This document shows positions 19,188 to 28,644 of a stretch of 64,000 nucleotides of DNA, one piece after another. The notes beneath the pieces are model-generated. The model did no database searches. It was not told where the DNA came from and saw nothing but the letters and a program-made list of their open reading frames with translations. Origin of the DNA: Candidatus Woesearchaeota archaeon (lineage in GTDB: Archaea; Nanobdellota; Nanobdellia; Woesearchaeales; GW2011-AR9). The translations under genes and the position numbers were made by a program. The first letter of the stretch is position 1, and each line of letters starts with the position of its first letter. The DNA is taken from NCBI GenBank assembly GCA_018696595.1, contig JABHQW010000008.1, forward strand, positions 224,001 to 288,000, read 5' to 3'.

Positions 19188-19643
19188 TTATGCAAACCTA
19201 AACGCTCCTTGTTCAAGTTCAGCAGTTTTAATCATTATATTACCATTTTCAATCGTATGGCTCAAATAACTTGGCCAACAACCGTAACCTTTATTTTGTG
19301 TTCCTAAACCATCAATCTTAAACACCTTACCACAATTGATACAAGCAATATCTGTACCTTGTTGTTTGTAACCTTTATTTCCACCACAAACATCACAAGC
19401 GTCAAATGCAGTTCTTACATTGCCATCAGACCCTCTTACTGCGAAATAGGTTACTGTAACACCATTAGCATTATAATCAAACTTTTGTACGCTGTTTGTT
19501 ATTGAATCTAAAGGTATTTCTACCAATCCTTCACTAGTTGTTGCTGTTGTCGGTTCTTTATTATTAGTATCATCATTTGAACAGCCTACGATAAACAAAG
19601 CTGTTATCAAAATTAATCCCAAAATCATAATTGTTTTTTTCAT
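19188..19643 (-). CDS. DUF2318-like (FtrD-type Fe-S) lipoprotein
   Basis: Lipobox IVGC; FDACDVC...IACINCG...GCWPSYL. Confidence 0.8.
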   Translation of the reverse strand: MKKTIMILGLILITALFIVGCSNDDTNNKEPTTATTSEGLVEIPLDSITNSVQKFDYNANGVTVTYFAVRGSDGNVRTAFDACDVCGGNKGYKQQGTDIACINCGKVFKIDGLGTQNKGYGCWPSYLSHTIENGNIMIKTAELEQGAFRFA

Positions 19644-19731
19644 TGTACCTTTATTAGAACTGTAACAACTTATAAAAGAAGCAGTGAAACTAGTTTCGAG
19701 GAGATCAAAAAGGCAATGATTCTTCTGAACT

Positions 19732-20211
19732 TTACTTCAGAATAACCACATTACTCATTCCTCTTCTTTTACGTTCAATTAGAGATTTTCCTTCTAATCG
19801 GTCCAAGATACGAGTAACTTTAACTTTACTTAACTTAGTTTCTTTAACAATAGAACTTTGAAATACTGAACCATCTTCTCTGATAATAATGTTCATCATA
19901 CCTCTTTCTTCATCATCTAAATGTTCTAACTTTTTTTGTTTTTCTTCTTCGGATATTTCCTTTTTAGATTCTTGAATAATAGTTTCATCTTTCATAAAGA
20001 AAATGATGAATAAACTAACTAATGCTAATAATCCCATTAATCCATAACTAATAATTTGTTGCGTTTGTACCGTAGCGTGCATCGGACACAATGTTCCATG
20101 AGTGCAGGAAACTTCAACAATACTTTGTAATGCATAATTGAAAGACATAACTACAAAAAAGAAAACTAGCGTAAGTCCCAGTACCAAATATCCAACATGT
20201 TTATTTTTCAT
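19732..20211 (-). CDS. Membrane-tethered winged-HTH regulator (COG2512-like)
   Basis: Two TMs flanking SCTHGTLCPMH; C-terminal FQSSIVKETKLSKVKVTRILDRLEGKSLIERKRRGMSNVV. Confidence 0.8.
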   Translation of the reverse strand: MKNKHVGYLVLGLTLVFFFVVMSFNYALQSIVEVSCTHGTLCPMHATVQTQQIISYGLMGLLALVSLFIIFFMKDETIIQESKKEISEEEKQKKLEHLDDEERGMMNIIIREDGSVFQSSIVKETKLSKVKVTRILDRLEGKSLIERKRRGMSNVVILK

Positions 20212-20230
20212 CTTATGCTTAAAACTAGGC

Positions 20231-20261
20231 TTGCATTATATATTTTGTGGTATTAATGCAA
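20231..20261. promoter_or_regulatory. Inverted repeat bracketing the TATA box of the membrane HTH gene
   Basis: TTGCATTA-N15-TAATGCAA with TTATATAT overlapping the left arm. Confidence 0.4.
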
Positions 20262-20286
20262 TTCTACAGAATATTTTACATTTTTC

Positions 20287-20407
20287 AATATAGCACCGAA
20301 CTCACTCTTTTGTTTGTGGTTCTTATTGTGGTCCCTCCCGGATGGAGCATCCCCAACCACAGACTAATGCCCATTTAATTATATCGTTCGTAACTTGGTG
20401 CTATATT
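20287..20407. repeat. Long imperfect hairpin element A with conserved apical motif
   Basis: AATATAGCACC/GGTGCTATATT outer stem, TGTGGT/ACCACA inner stem, TCCCGGATGGAGCATCCCC at 20336-20354. Confidence 0.75.
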
Positions 20408-20416
20408 AATAATAAT

Positions 20417-20638
20417 TTACCCTAAATAAAACCCTAACAGTTTCATTCTGTATAAAGCGAATCCTAACCACAACACCAGAAACAGATAGAAAATACTAAA
20501 GAATTTATTCAATGGAAACCAATTAGATGTCCAGTGACTAACTTTTTGATGTAGTTTTCCCTCAGTAAAACTCAAAAAGATATAGCTCAAACAATCTATT
20601 AATATCAAGTACCAAATAATTCCTTCTGCGTATATCAT
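20417..20638 (-). CDS. Small two-TM membrane protein
   Basis: 73 aa with two hydrophobic segments. Confidence 0.65.
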   Translation of the reverse strand: MIYAEGIIWYLILIDCLSYIFLSFTEGKLHQKVSHWTSNWFPLNKFFSIFYLFLVLWLGFALYRMKLLGFYLG

Positions 20639-20669
20639 AAAGAAAAAGAAAATTTAAAAATATATAAAC

Positions 20670-21416
20670 TTAATCATTATCCACTCGAGGAGCTAAGATA
20701 AAACTTAAGGATAACCGATCAACAATCTTATACTCAACTTTCATTGGATAATCTGTGTTGAAGTTTAAACTAACTCTATCACTAAGTTTGTTTCCCGTAA
20801 TCATCTTCTTAAGATATTCCAAAGAGAATTTGGCTTTAAACTTATCATCAGAATCTGTTCTAATTAAAGTTTGTTCATCCGGTTTAATTTCAATGAAAGC
20901 TTTACTTAAATCTCCTTCAGCTTTAACAGAAATTTGTGTTTTTTCTCCTAGAAACGTAACAGATTCAGAAACAACAGAAACGTCTTCAATAGATTCTGTA
21001 AGTAATCCAGAATTCATTTCTACTGAAATTGGAAATGTTAATTCGGGAACTTTTTGTTCTTTATCTTCAACATCTAATGTTGGGATAGAAAAAGATCGAG
21101 TAGTGTTACTTTTCATCTGAATTTTTAATTTACTATCTTCGGTTGTTTCCAAAGTAAGAACATCATCAGATTTTGCTCTTCTTAGAATTTGTTTTAAGTT
21201 ATTTAGATTGATTGCAATCTCTTCTGCATCTTTAATTTCGTATTTTGTGAAGCAACTGCTCAACATTTTGAAAATCACCATTGCTACGTTAGCAGGATCC
21301 ATAGCGATTAACTCTAATCCATTATTATTTACCTTGAATTTTGCTTCTGTGACTAATTCTGAAATGATTGAGATACTATCTTTAAAATATTTAGGTTCAG
21401 CTAAGACTAATTTCAT
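20670..21416 (-). CDS. pcn: DNA polymerase sliding clamp PCNA
   Basis: AMDPANVAMV, KFSLEYLKK, FILAPR. Confidence 0.95.
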   Translation of the reverse strand: MKLVLAEPKYFKDSISIISELVTEAKFKVNNNGLELIAMDPANVAMVIFKMLSSCFTKYEIKDAEEIAINLNNLKQILRRAKSDDVLTLETTEDSKLKIQMKSNTTRSFSIPTLDVEDKEQKVPELTFPISVEMNSGLLTESIEDVSVVSESVTFLGEKTQISVKAEGDLSKAFIEIKPDEQTLIRTDSDDKFKAKFSLEYLKKMITGNKLSDRVSLNFNTDYPMKVEYKIVDRLSLSFILAPRVDND

Positions 21417-21556
21417 TTTAATACACCCTCCAAAATCTCGATGCTTATTTTCTTTATAAAATTTATTGTAATAGAGTGGTGGTTTGAGATTCTTTTAAAA
21501 AGGAATATTCTTAAAGATATAAATTATTATTAATAACTGTTCATTCTTAATATTCT

Positions 21557-21874
21557 ATGAGGTTGGAGTATAGTACGCAAGATGGCGGTTTTATGTACAA
21601 CGGCAACAGAGTAAAGTTACCTTCAGCGTCTTTTTGGAAAGGTGGTTTAAATGCTCATGCAATCATTACTGATGATTTTTCTGAATTGTGTGACATTGTA
21701 AAAGATAAAGGATATAATCCCGCCAAAATCCCTGCAGAAATTCCTGGTGAAGATATAGTTAATCTTGAAAAACCAGGGCTTGAAGGTAAAATATTTTCTA
21801 TTCCTAGAGAATTTCGGGGAGTGAGTGAACCTGGTTGTTTCTATGTTTTTAATGAGACAGAGAAAAAAAATTAA
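21557..21874 (+). CDS. Hypothetical protein
   Basis: 105-aa ORF filling the gap, upstream TATA-like sequence. Confidence 0.55.
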   Translation: MRLEYSTQDGGFMYNGNRVKLPSASFWKGGLNAHAIITDDFSELCDIVKDKGYNPAKIPAEIPGEDIVNLEKPGLEGKIFSIPREFRGVSEPGCFYVFNETEKKN

Positions 21875-21876
21875 AT

Positions 21877-23217
21877 TTATTTCAAAACAATTCTTTTTCC
21901 GTTTTCCATCATATGGATACTTTTACCTTGAGAATAACCCATCTCTTCAGCTAAACTAGCTAAATTAAGGGCTTTTTCATGACCTGCATGAGAGGGAATA
22001 ATGTGTTTTGGTTTTACTAATTCAATCAAATCACGGTGATCTTCTCTGGCAGCGTGACCAGACATATGAATATCTCTGAAAATTCTTGCGCCTTTGGCTC
22101 TTATTGATCTTTCCAACTTATCGCGATTATCTTTATTTAATTCAACTGGAATTACTGAACAACTGAAAATAACTACATCACCATTATCAAACTTGAAAGG
22201 TAATTCGTTCCTAGCTAATCTAGAAAGTACTGCTTTTGGTTCACCTTGATGGCCAGTACAAACAATCAAATATTTCTCTTTACCTTCTTTCATAATTTTC
22301 TTAAGAATTTTTTCTCTGCGATCATTATGTTTAACTAAAGTAATATCTTTTTGAAAATCAATTAAATTAATTCTTTCTCCGGCAGAAACATATTTGGATA
22401 AAGATCTTCCCAAGAATACTATTTTTCTGTTTAATCTTCTTCCTAATTCAATAATACTTTTCAATCTTGCTAAGTGAGAAGAGAAGGTTGTTACAACCAT
22501 TCCTTTTCCGTCAGTGTAAACTCCTAACATAACATCCTTTAACATTTGTTTAGCAACAGATTCGGACGGCATTTTTCGATGTTCATGAGCATATAATGAT
22601 TCTACAATTAACAAAGTTACGCCTTCTTCACCAATTTGTTTTAATCTTTCAAAGTTTGGTTTTTTACCTAGAGTTGGTTGTCGATCAAATTTGTAATCGT
22701 TAGCATAAACAACTTTACCATAAGGGGTATGAAGAACAATCATTGACGCTTGTGGGATTGAATGAGTAATATTAACCAATTCCACTGAAAGTTTTTCAGA
22801 TAATTTGTATACAGAATTTAAATTTGATGCAATTAACTCATTTGGTATTTTTATTCTTTCATCTCTAAAAATACTTTTCAAAACTTCAGCAGTGTATGGT
22901 GTGCAAATAATTGGTGCTGTTGGAAATATTCCTGCTGAGAAAGGAATTGCACCAATATGATCTAAATGGCCATGACTAGGGACAATGGCAATAACTTTAT
23001 CTTTCCAATCTTTGATTAAACCGTAATCCGGAACAGCATTAACTTCTAATAATTCTTCATAATGCATGGCTGAGATGTCTTCATCTTCAGTGTGTCTGAT
23101 ATAATTTTCCATGTGTAATCCCATATCTAAGATTACAACTTCATCATCGACTTTAATGGCAGTAGAATTCTGACCTGTTTCTGAATAACCACCGATTGTA
23201 CATATTTCTATTGGCAT
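21877..23217 (-). CDS. rnj: Ribonuclease J-type beta-CASP nuclease
   Basis: SHGHLDHIG, THSIP, DYKFD, TTFSSH, GHQGEP, HMSGHA. Confidence 0.9.
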   Translation of the reverse strand: MPIEICTIGGYSETGQNSTAIKVDDEVVILDMGLHMENYIRHTEDEDISAMHYEELLEVNAVPDYGLIKDWKDKVIAIVPSHGHLDHIGAIPFSAGIFPTAPIICTPYTAEVLKSIFRDERIKIPNELIASNLNSVYKLSEKLSVELVNITHSIPQASMIVLHTPYGKVVYANDYKFDRQPTLGKKPNFERLKQIGEEGVTLLIVESLYAHEHRKMPSESVAKQMLKDVMLGVYTDGKGMVVTTFSSHLARLKSIIELGRRLNRKIVFLGRSLSKYVSAGERINLIDFQKDITLVKHNDRREKILKKIMKEGKEKYLIVCTGHQGEPKAVLSRLARNELPFKFDNGDVVIFSCSVIPVELNKDNRDKLERSIRAKGARIFRDIHMSGHAAREDHRDLIELVKPKHIIPSHAGHEKALNLASLAEEMGYSQGKSIHMMENGKRIVLK

Positions 23218-23259
23218 AAGGCTAGAAAAGAGTTGTTGGTTTAAAAAGGTTTGGAGAAA

Positions 23260-24411
23260 TTACTGATTATCTCTAATATAATCTTTCACTCTTTCTTGAA
23301 ATTCATGAGGACCTATTGGTTCTAAACCAAGATTACTAATTATTTGTTTTAAGTTTGGAACATGAATATGAGAATCATCAACAGAACTCATTTTTTCCAC
23401 TTCTAAAAGATATCCAAAGTTTTCAATCTCTTGTAAACAAATAACATAATCATATCCACCCATCTGTGCGGCAAACTCTTGTTTATGTTTAACCCATTTT
23501 GGATCTGTACCCATTCCTTCTGAAGCAAAACCTTCTCTTACTTGTTCAGCCATAATCTCATCTTCTAAATGAATTGAATATTCTGTTCTAACATGGTCCA
23601 CAACATCACCTTCTTTAATAACAACTTCATATTTGGTTGTTTCTCCTTCTCTAATTCTAACTCGATGATCGCCAGGAGTGAATTTTAATGTTTCTACAGT
23701 TTCTTTACATAATGGTTGATACCCTTCATTTAATTCTCTGTCTAAACATCTATATTCTTCTGGAGTAAGTAAACATTTGATTTCAATCTCATGCACTTTT
23801 TTTGGAGCTTCTTCACTTTGTCCAAGTTGATGGGCCAAATAGCGATCAATGAACCATACTTGTGCGGTTGGGGATGAAGGTAAGAAAATATGAGGGAAAT
23901 CATGTCTAGCAAAAACATTTCTAAAAGTGTCTTCCACCTTTTTTTGATATTTAGGGTCAACATCTCTTTTACCATCATCAACTAAAAATTCTAAATTACC
24001 TGGAATTATAAAAGAAAGGTTTTGGGGGACAAGGGCACAATATTCTTTAACAAACTCTGCAATATGTTCGTCACAAGATCCTTTTATTGCTTCGGGATAT
24101 ACTAATTGAGATAAAGGATTTATGTCTTGGAGAATAGTAGTTGGCCCTTCGCCAATTCTTGGACCAATAGCATCAATCTGTGCTTTTATCATTTGACAAG
24201 TCATCCATGTGGTAACTAGGTTACCCAGCTCAGGGTATTGGTGAAGTTTTTTTTTATCAGTCAAATCAATTGGGCATTCTTCAGCAATATCCGGGAGGAA
24301 AATGGCATTTTTATCCCATCTTTGTCTCAACTTTTTAAAAACTGTACTTTTACCAGAACCTTGTGGTCCGAGAATACTTAATACAACAATATCATCCAAT
24401 AGTTTACTCAT
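23260..24411 (-). CDS. P-loop kinase-like (NadR/AAA_28-type) domain fused to a CYTH domain
   Basis: GPQGSGKS and DDGKR in the N-half; EIEIK (ExExK), RVRIR and LLEVE in the C-half. Confidence 0.7.
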   Translation of the reverse strand: MSKLLDDIVVLSILGPQGSGKSTVFKKLRQRWDKNAIFLPDIAEECPIDLTDKKKLHQYPELGNLVTTWMTCQMIKAQIDAIGPRIGEGPTTILQDINPLSQLVYPEAIKGSCDEHIAEFVKEYCALVPQNLSFIIPGNLEFLVDDGKRDVDPKYQKKVEDTFRNVFARHDFPHIFLPSSPTAQVWFIDRYLAHQLGQSEEAPKKVHEIEIKCLLTPEEYRCLDRELNEGYQPLCKETVETLKFTPGDHRVRIREGETTKYEVVIKEGDVVDHVRTEYSIHLEDEIMAEQVREGFASEGMGTDPKWVKHKQEFAAQMGGYDYVICLQEIENFGYLLEVEKMSSVDDSHIHVPNLKQIISNLGLEPIGPHEFQERVKDYIRDNQ

Positions 24412-24482
24412 AGTTTCGCTTAAGAAAGTTTCATCTTTTTAATTATTTGTTTAATGAAGAATACACAATTAAGAATAAAACA

Positions 24483-24566
24483 TGTGGGTGGCAGGACTCG
24501 AACCTGCGTAAGCACTAAGCTAATGGATTTTGAGTCCATCCCGATTGACCACTACGGCACACCCAC
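24483..24566 (-). tRNA. tRNA-Leu(CAA), long variable arm, CCA not encoded
   Basis: GTGGGTG/CACCCAC acceptor stem, ATGGA-CTCAAAA-TCCAT anticodon arm, GGTTCGAGTCC. Confidence 0.95.
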
Positions 24567-24645
24567 ATACAAATACTAAACTAATCCCTATTTTATAAAA
24601 GTTTCTCACAAATATTTATAAATGAAAAATCTTTACTAATACAAT

Positions 24646-25605
24646 ATGAAAAAGAGGTTAGCTTTACTTGTATTAATTCTATTAATGCCATTAGCTTTAG
24701 CAGATGTTGAATTAAACTTTATTTCTCCAGAGGGTGATAGTTTCAACGGCTATCTCTTAAACTTAAATTTTGGAGATGCGTTATATCAAGAAGTTATGGA
24801 TAATAATAATGTAAAAGTAGCTTTTTCAGAAAGCACATCATTTTTAGTAACAATGGATTCTTTAGAAACTCCGGCAACAGATTATTTTGGAGTGAAAGAA
24901 ATATCAAAAGAAGGAATTACTGATTTTTTGGTTTACCCAGTTGGTTATTTACAAGGTAAAGTATTAGATCCAAACGGAAATTTAGTGCCAACCGCAGAGT
25001 TAAATTTTAACTGTTTTTCTGATGTAATCGGAGATTATCCTTCCAAAGCAGACAAAACTGGTTTTTTTTCTGTAAAAAATATGCCGGTTGGTAGTTGTTC
25101 AATTATAGCTTCTACTGAAAGTTTAGCTGGAAGTGTAGAATTTAAGCTTGAAAAAGGTCAAGTTACAAAGATAGAAGTAATTTTGGGTGAAGTATTTGTA
25201 AACAAAAAATCTTTATTATTTCCAATTATTGCCATTTTAGCTTTAATTATTGTTGTTTTATTAGTTATTTTGTTCTTAATTAAGAAGAGAAAACAATTCA
25301 ATAAAGAAGAAACGAAGATTGATAAAATCGAAACTGAAGTGAAAACGGGCAAATCTGAACTTGAACATTCTAAACAAACATTAGCAATATCAAAGACATT
25401 ATCTGAAAAAGAGCGAAAAATAGTTGATTATTTGCTTGCAAATAAGAATAAATCTTCCCAGGCTAAGATTAGACATGCCACTAAAATACCCCGAACTAGC
25501 TTATCAAGAGTTTTGAAAAGTTTAGAGAAGAAAAAAATAGTTGAAATTGAGAAAGACGGCAAAATGGTTTCTGTTTCTTTAAGTGACTTCTTTTTAGGCA
25601 ATTAG
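24646..25605 (+). CDS. Type I membrane protein with extracellular beta domain and cytoplasmic wHTH (COG2512-like)
   Basis: Signal peptide, carboxypeptidase-regulatory-like segment (LQGKVLDPNGNLVP), TM, SQAKIRHATKIPRTSLSRVLKSLEKKKIV. Confidence 0.75.
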   Translation: MKKRLALLVLILLMPLALADVELNFISPEGDSFNGYLLNLNFGDALYQEVMDNNNVKVAFSESTSFLVTMDSLETPATDYFGVKEISKEGITDFLVYPVGYLQGKVLDPNGNLVPTAELNFNCFSDVIGDYPSKADKTGFFSVKNMPVGSCSIIASTESLAGSVEFKLEKGQVTKIEVILGEVFVNKKSLLFPIIAILALIIVVLLVILFLIKKRKQFNKEETKIDKIETEVKTGKSELEHSKQTLAISKTLSEKERKIVDYLLANKNKSSQAKIRHATKIPRTSLSRVLKSLEKKKIVEIEKDGKMVSVSLSDFFLGN

Positions 25606-25750
25606 TTATATTTGGAGGATAAATGTTTCTTTTTACACATTTTGGGCATTATATTGGCCCCATCTTGGTTCTTCTTCCCGCCCAACCTTTAAGTATTTGT
25701 TTGATCTTTAGGTAGATATGATTACTCAAAACGTATGGAGGTACGTCAAA

Positions 25751-27433
25751 ATGAATTGGAAAAACATGATCCTGTTTGCAGTATTGTTATTATTCGTAAG
25801 TTCAATATCTGCAGTTGCAGAACAAGAAATAGTAGTGGGAAAAGACATCGCAGTTACATCATATAGTGTTATGCCTAAACCTGCAGTTTTAAATGAAGAA
25901 GTACAAGTAACATTAAAAATAGTAAACCAAGGTAATGAAGCTATTGCTGAAAGTTTTCAAGTAGAATTTCAAGTATGTCAACCCGGCGGTTGGTATTGTC
26001 ATATTCCTGAAGGAGCAGAAGTAAATGGATTAGGGGTGGGAGAAGAAAAATCTTTCCTTAAGAAATTTACTATTAAAGACTCAGATGTAGTTAATGGCAA
26101 ATCTTTAGTTAGATTTGTAGTTGATGGCGATGCTAATGTTGAAGAAGTTGATGAAGTTAACAATATTTACAGCATGCTTATTTCGGTAGTTGAGGAAGCC
26201 CCTGTAGAAATTGTTGAAGAAGTAACTGAAGAAGATGAAGAAGAGATTGTTGAAGAAGAATTATTTTCTGGCGATCCTGTTACATTTTCAGTTTCTGTAA
26301 ATGATTATCCTAATCATAAGGATTATAGCAACTTAAAGAAAATAGCTAATGGTTACGTTAATGTGTATACTGTTAAAAAGATCGGACAAACATTCAAAGT
26401 AATGAACACTGAAACTAAATTTACTGGTAGTGATGGGGTTGCAGAAGTTGTAATTCAACCTGGCCAGATGGTTTATTTTGAAGGTTTTATTACTCCTGGC
26501 GGTGCAGCTAGTGGAGCAACAAAAAAAGAATCCTTACTTTGGACCGCTCCCCCTTTCAAGAATTTTGGTCTTGGAAAAATTTGTCAAACAAATTACTTGG
26601 CAACTAACAAATACTTAAAGAATAGTCAAAGTTATGCTTGTGCACAAGCTTTGAGTACTCCTTACAAAGACGTTGGAAAGTTCACCTTAGTTCCTGGAGA
26701 AACAGTTGCTCCTGAAGAAATGGTTGAGATTCTTCCTGCGGCTGACAATCATGATTTGAAGGTAACTTCTGTTGGTTACGGAAATCAAGGATTTAAAGCA
26801 ACAATTTGTAATGCTGGAACTACTGACCAATCTGGATTTAAAGTTAAGTTTACTGCAAATGGTAAAGATAACACTTTAACCTATGCACCAACTTTAATGT
26901 CTGGAAAATGTGTAACTATTGGTTCTTGGGGCTATAGTTATTTTGGAATTGAGAAAGAAGATTTTTCTGAAGTAACTGTAATGGTTGATCCTTTGAATGA
27001 AATTGTTGAGTTTAATGAAGACAACAATGAAATGGGTTTAGCAGAAGATAAGCCAATGTTACCTGCATACGACGAAACAAAAGTTGATAACAAACCAATG
27101 CTTCCTGCATATGACGAAACTAAAGTTGAGAATAAACCTATGCTTCCTGCATATGATGATTCTAATGGAAAATGTTTGAATGGTTGCGATTTCCAAAACA
27201 AATGTTTACCTGTTGGAACAAAGATTAAGTCTGGAAGAGATGGTTTGTTTTGTAATTGGAATAATGAGATGGCTCCTCAGTTAGTTGAAGGAGAATCTTG
27301 TCAGAACAATTATGAATGTGAAAGTAACAGTTGTATGAGCGGAAAGTGTATGGACTTAGAGAAACAGTTGCAAGAACAACAAAACTTACTTAACAAGATT
27401 TTATCTTGGTTAGATAACTTCTTTGTAAGGTAA
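25751..27433 (+). CDS. Secreted CARDB-domain surface protein with tandem repeats and Cys-rich C-terminus
   Basis: SD GGAGG before ATG 25751; signal peptide; two CARDB-like ends (VDEVNNI, VDPLNEIVEFNEDNN); CQNNYECESNSCMSGKC. Confidence 0.8.
   Translation: MNWKNMILFAVLLLFVSSISAVAEQEIVVGKDIAVTSYSVMPKPAVLNEEVQVTLKIVNQGNEAIAESFQVEFQVCQPGGWYCHIPEGAEVNGLGVGEEKSFLKKFTIKDSDVVNGKSLVRFVVDGDANVEEVDEVNNIYSMLISVVEEAPVEIVEEVTEEDEEEIVEEELFSGDPVTFSVSVNDYPNHKDYSNLKKIANGYVNVYTVKKIGQTFKVMNTETKFTGSDGVAEVVIQPGQMVYFEGFITPGGAASGATKKESLLWTAPPFKNFGLGKICQTNYLATNKYLKNSQSYACAQALSTPYKDVGKFTLVPGETVAPEEMVEILPAADNHDLKVTSVGYGNQGFKATICNAGTTDQSGFKVKFTANGKDNTLTYAPTLMSGKCVTIGSWGYSYFGIEKEDFSEVTVMVDPLNEIVEFNEDNNEMGLAEDKPMLPAYDETKVDNKPMLPAYDETKVENKPMLPAYDDSNGKCLNGCDFQNKCLPVGTKIKSGRDGLFCNWNNEMAPQLVEGESCQNNYECESNSCMSGKCMDLEKQLQEQQNLLNKILSWLDNFFVR
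27050..27157 (+). repeat. Intragenic 42-bp (14-aa) tandem repeat, about 2.6 copies
   Basis: KPMLPAYDETKV(D/E)N starting at 27050, 27092 and 27134. Confidence 0.9.
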
Positions 27434-27564
27434 GTTTCTTTTTTTTATTTTTATTTTTCTTCTAAATTTTTCAGTTAAGGTTTTCCTCTTTAAAGGCGTT
27501 TTAGACTAGTAATATTTATTAAGGATTAAATAATCACTTGATTATTAAAAATGAGGTGTTTATT

Positions 27565-28536
27565 ATGAAAAAAATATTTTTAGTCATGTTAAGTTTACTT
27601 GTTATTCTTATATTTTTAGTTGGTTGTACAACCGAAGAAGTTTCTGATGAAGAATTGGAATCATTGTCGGATGAGGAATTAAAAATAATAGTTGCAGAAG
27701 GAGAACAGGACAGCGGGGTTAATGAAGCAATAGCGGGTCAAGCATATATTTATCAATCAGTTCAGAACCCTTCTAAAAGAAAAGTTAGCAGAGCTGCATC
27801 AATTCTTAAAACAAGATTGAATGAGCAAACACAAAAACAAATTAATGTTGCGCAACCGTTTAATTCAGAGATTAAAGAATTATGTCCTCTTAGTTGTTCA
27901 AATGAAGATAAAACTTATCTCTTGTTTCGAAGTGGTCAATTATTCAAAAAGATTACACCTCGATGCACAACACAAGGGTTATTGTGGTATCGCTGTATTA
28001 ATGGGAAATCTACGCAAACGGTTTTAGAAGATTGTCCTGGTTCTGATTGTGATTCAGTTACAAAAAAATGTAAAAATGAAAATAATTTTGATGAAGAGTT
28101 GCCTGCTGGTTCGGCATCTACTGGATCTGTCTCTACAGAATCATCTCCAACTGAATCAGCATCTACCTCATCAGTTTCCACAACGCCTACCGATTCACCA
28201 AGCGTGATAAACGTTGATGGAATAATTTCTCAAACTCTTGAATTAGCAGAGGACGGTGATGTGGTTTGTATTGATGAAGATGGTCTTGGGTTAGATGGTC
28301 TAAATCCAAAAGTTAAGGGAAGAACTTATTATTATATCAAAGGTGTCGAAGAACAACCAGAACCAATTGGATATTATAGGATTAGAGAAGATTATTGCTA
28401 CGATGGAATTCATAATGTTGTTCCAGTAGAAGAAGGTCCAGCTTTGGCAGAATTTATCTGTTTGTATGGAGAAAAAGTTTATCCTAATTACGATTCTCCT
28501 TGTCCAAATGGTTGTAAAAATGGGGTATGTGTTTGA
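27565..28536 (+). CDS. Cys-rich surface lipoprotein with Ser/Thr linker
   Basis: Lipobox LVGC, SD GAGGTG, S/T-rich stretch, terminal CPNGCKNGVCV. Confidence 0.75.
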   Translation: MKKIFLVMLSLLVILIFLVGCTTEEVSDEELESLSDEELKIIVAEGEQDSGVNEAIAGQAYIYQSVQNPSKRKVSRAASILKTRLNEQTQKQINVAQPFNSEIKELCPLSCSNEDKTYLLFRSGQLFKKITPRCTTQGLLWYRCINGKSTQTVLEDCPGSDCDSVTKKCKNENNFDEELPAGSASTGSVSTESSPTESASTSSVSTTPTDSPSVINVDGIISQTLELAEDGDVVCIDEDGLGLDGLNPKVKGRTYYYIKGVEEQPEPIGYYRIREDYCYDGIHNVVPVEEGPALAEFICLYGEKVYPNYDSPCPNGCKNGVCV

Positions 28537-28644
28537 TTTTTAAAACATTTTTTTAAATCTTTACTTATTCTGGGTAATATTGCTCATAACAATAATTGAC
28601 CCATATAAATAAAAACAAAGTAAAAACAAAACAAAACAAAGAAT

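Noticed and set aside
20336-20354. SRP RNA helix 8 (CCCGGAAGGGAGCA-like)
   Set aside because: No GNRA loop or CAGG partner strand; two dispersed copies; no full SRP architecture
23217-24483. Integrated element with att duplication at tRNA-Leu
   Set aside because: No repeat of the tRNA 3' end found and no adjacent integrase
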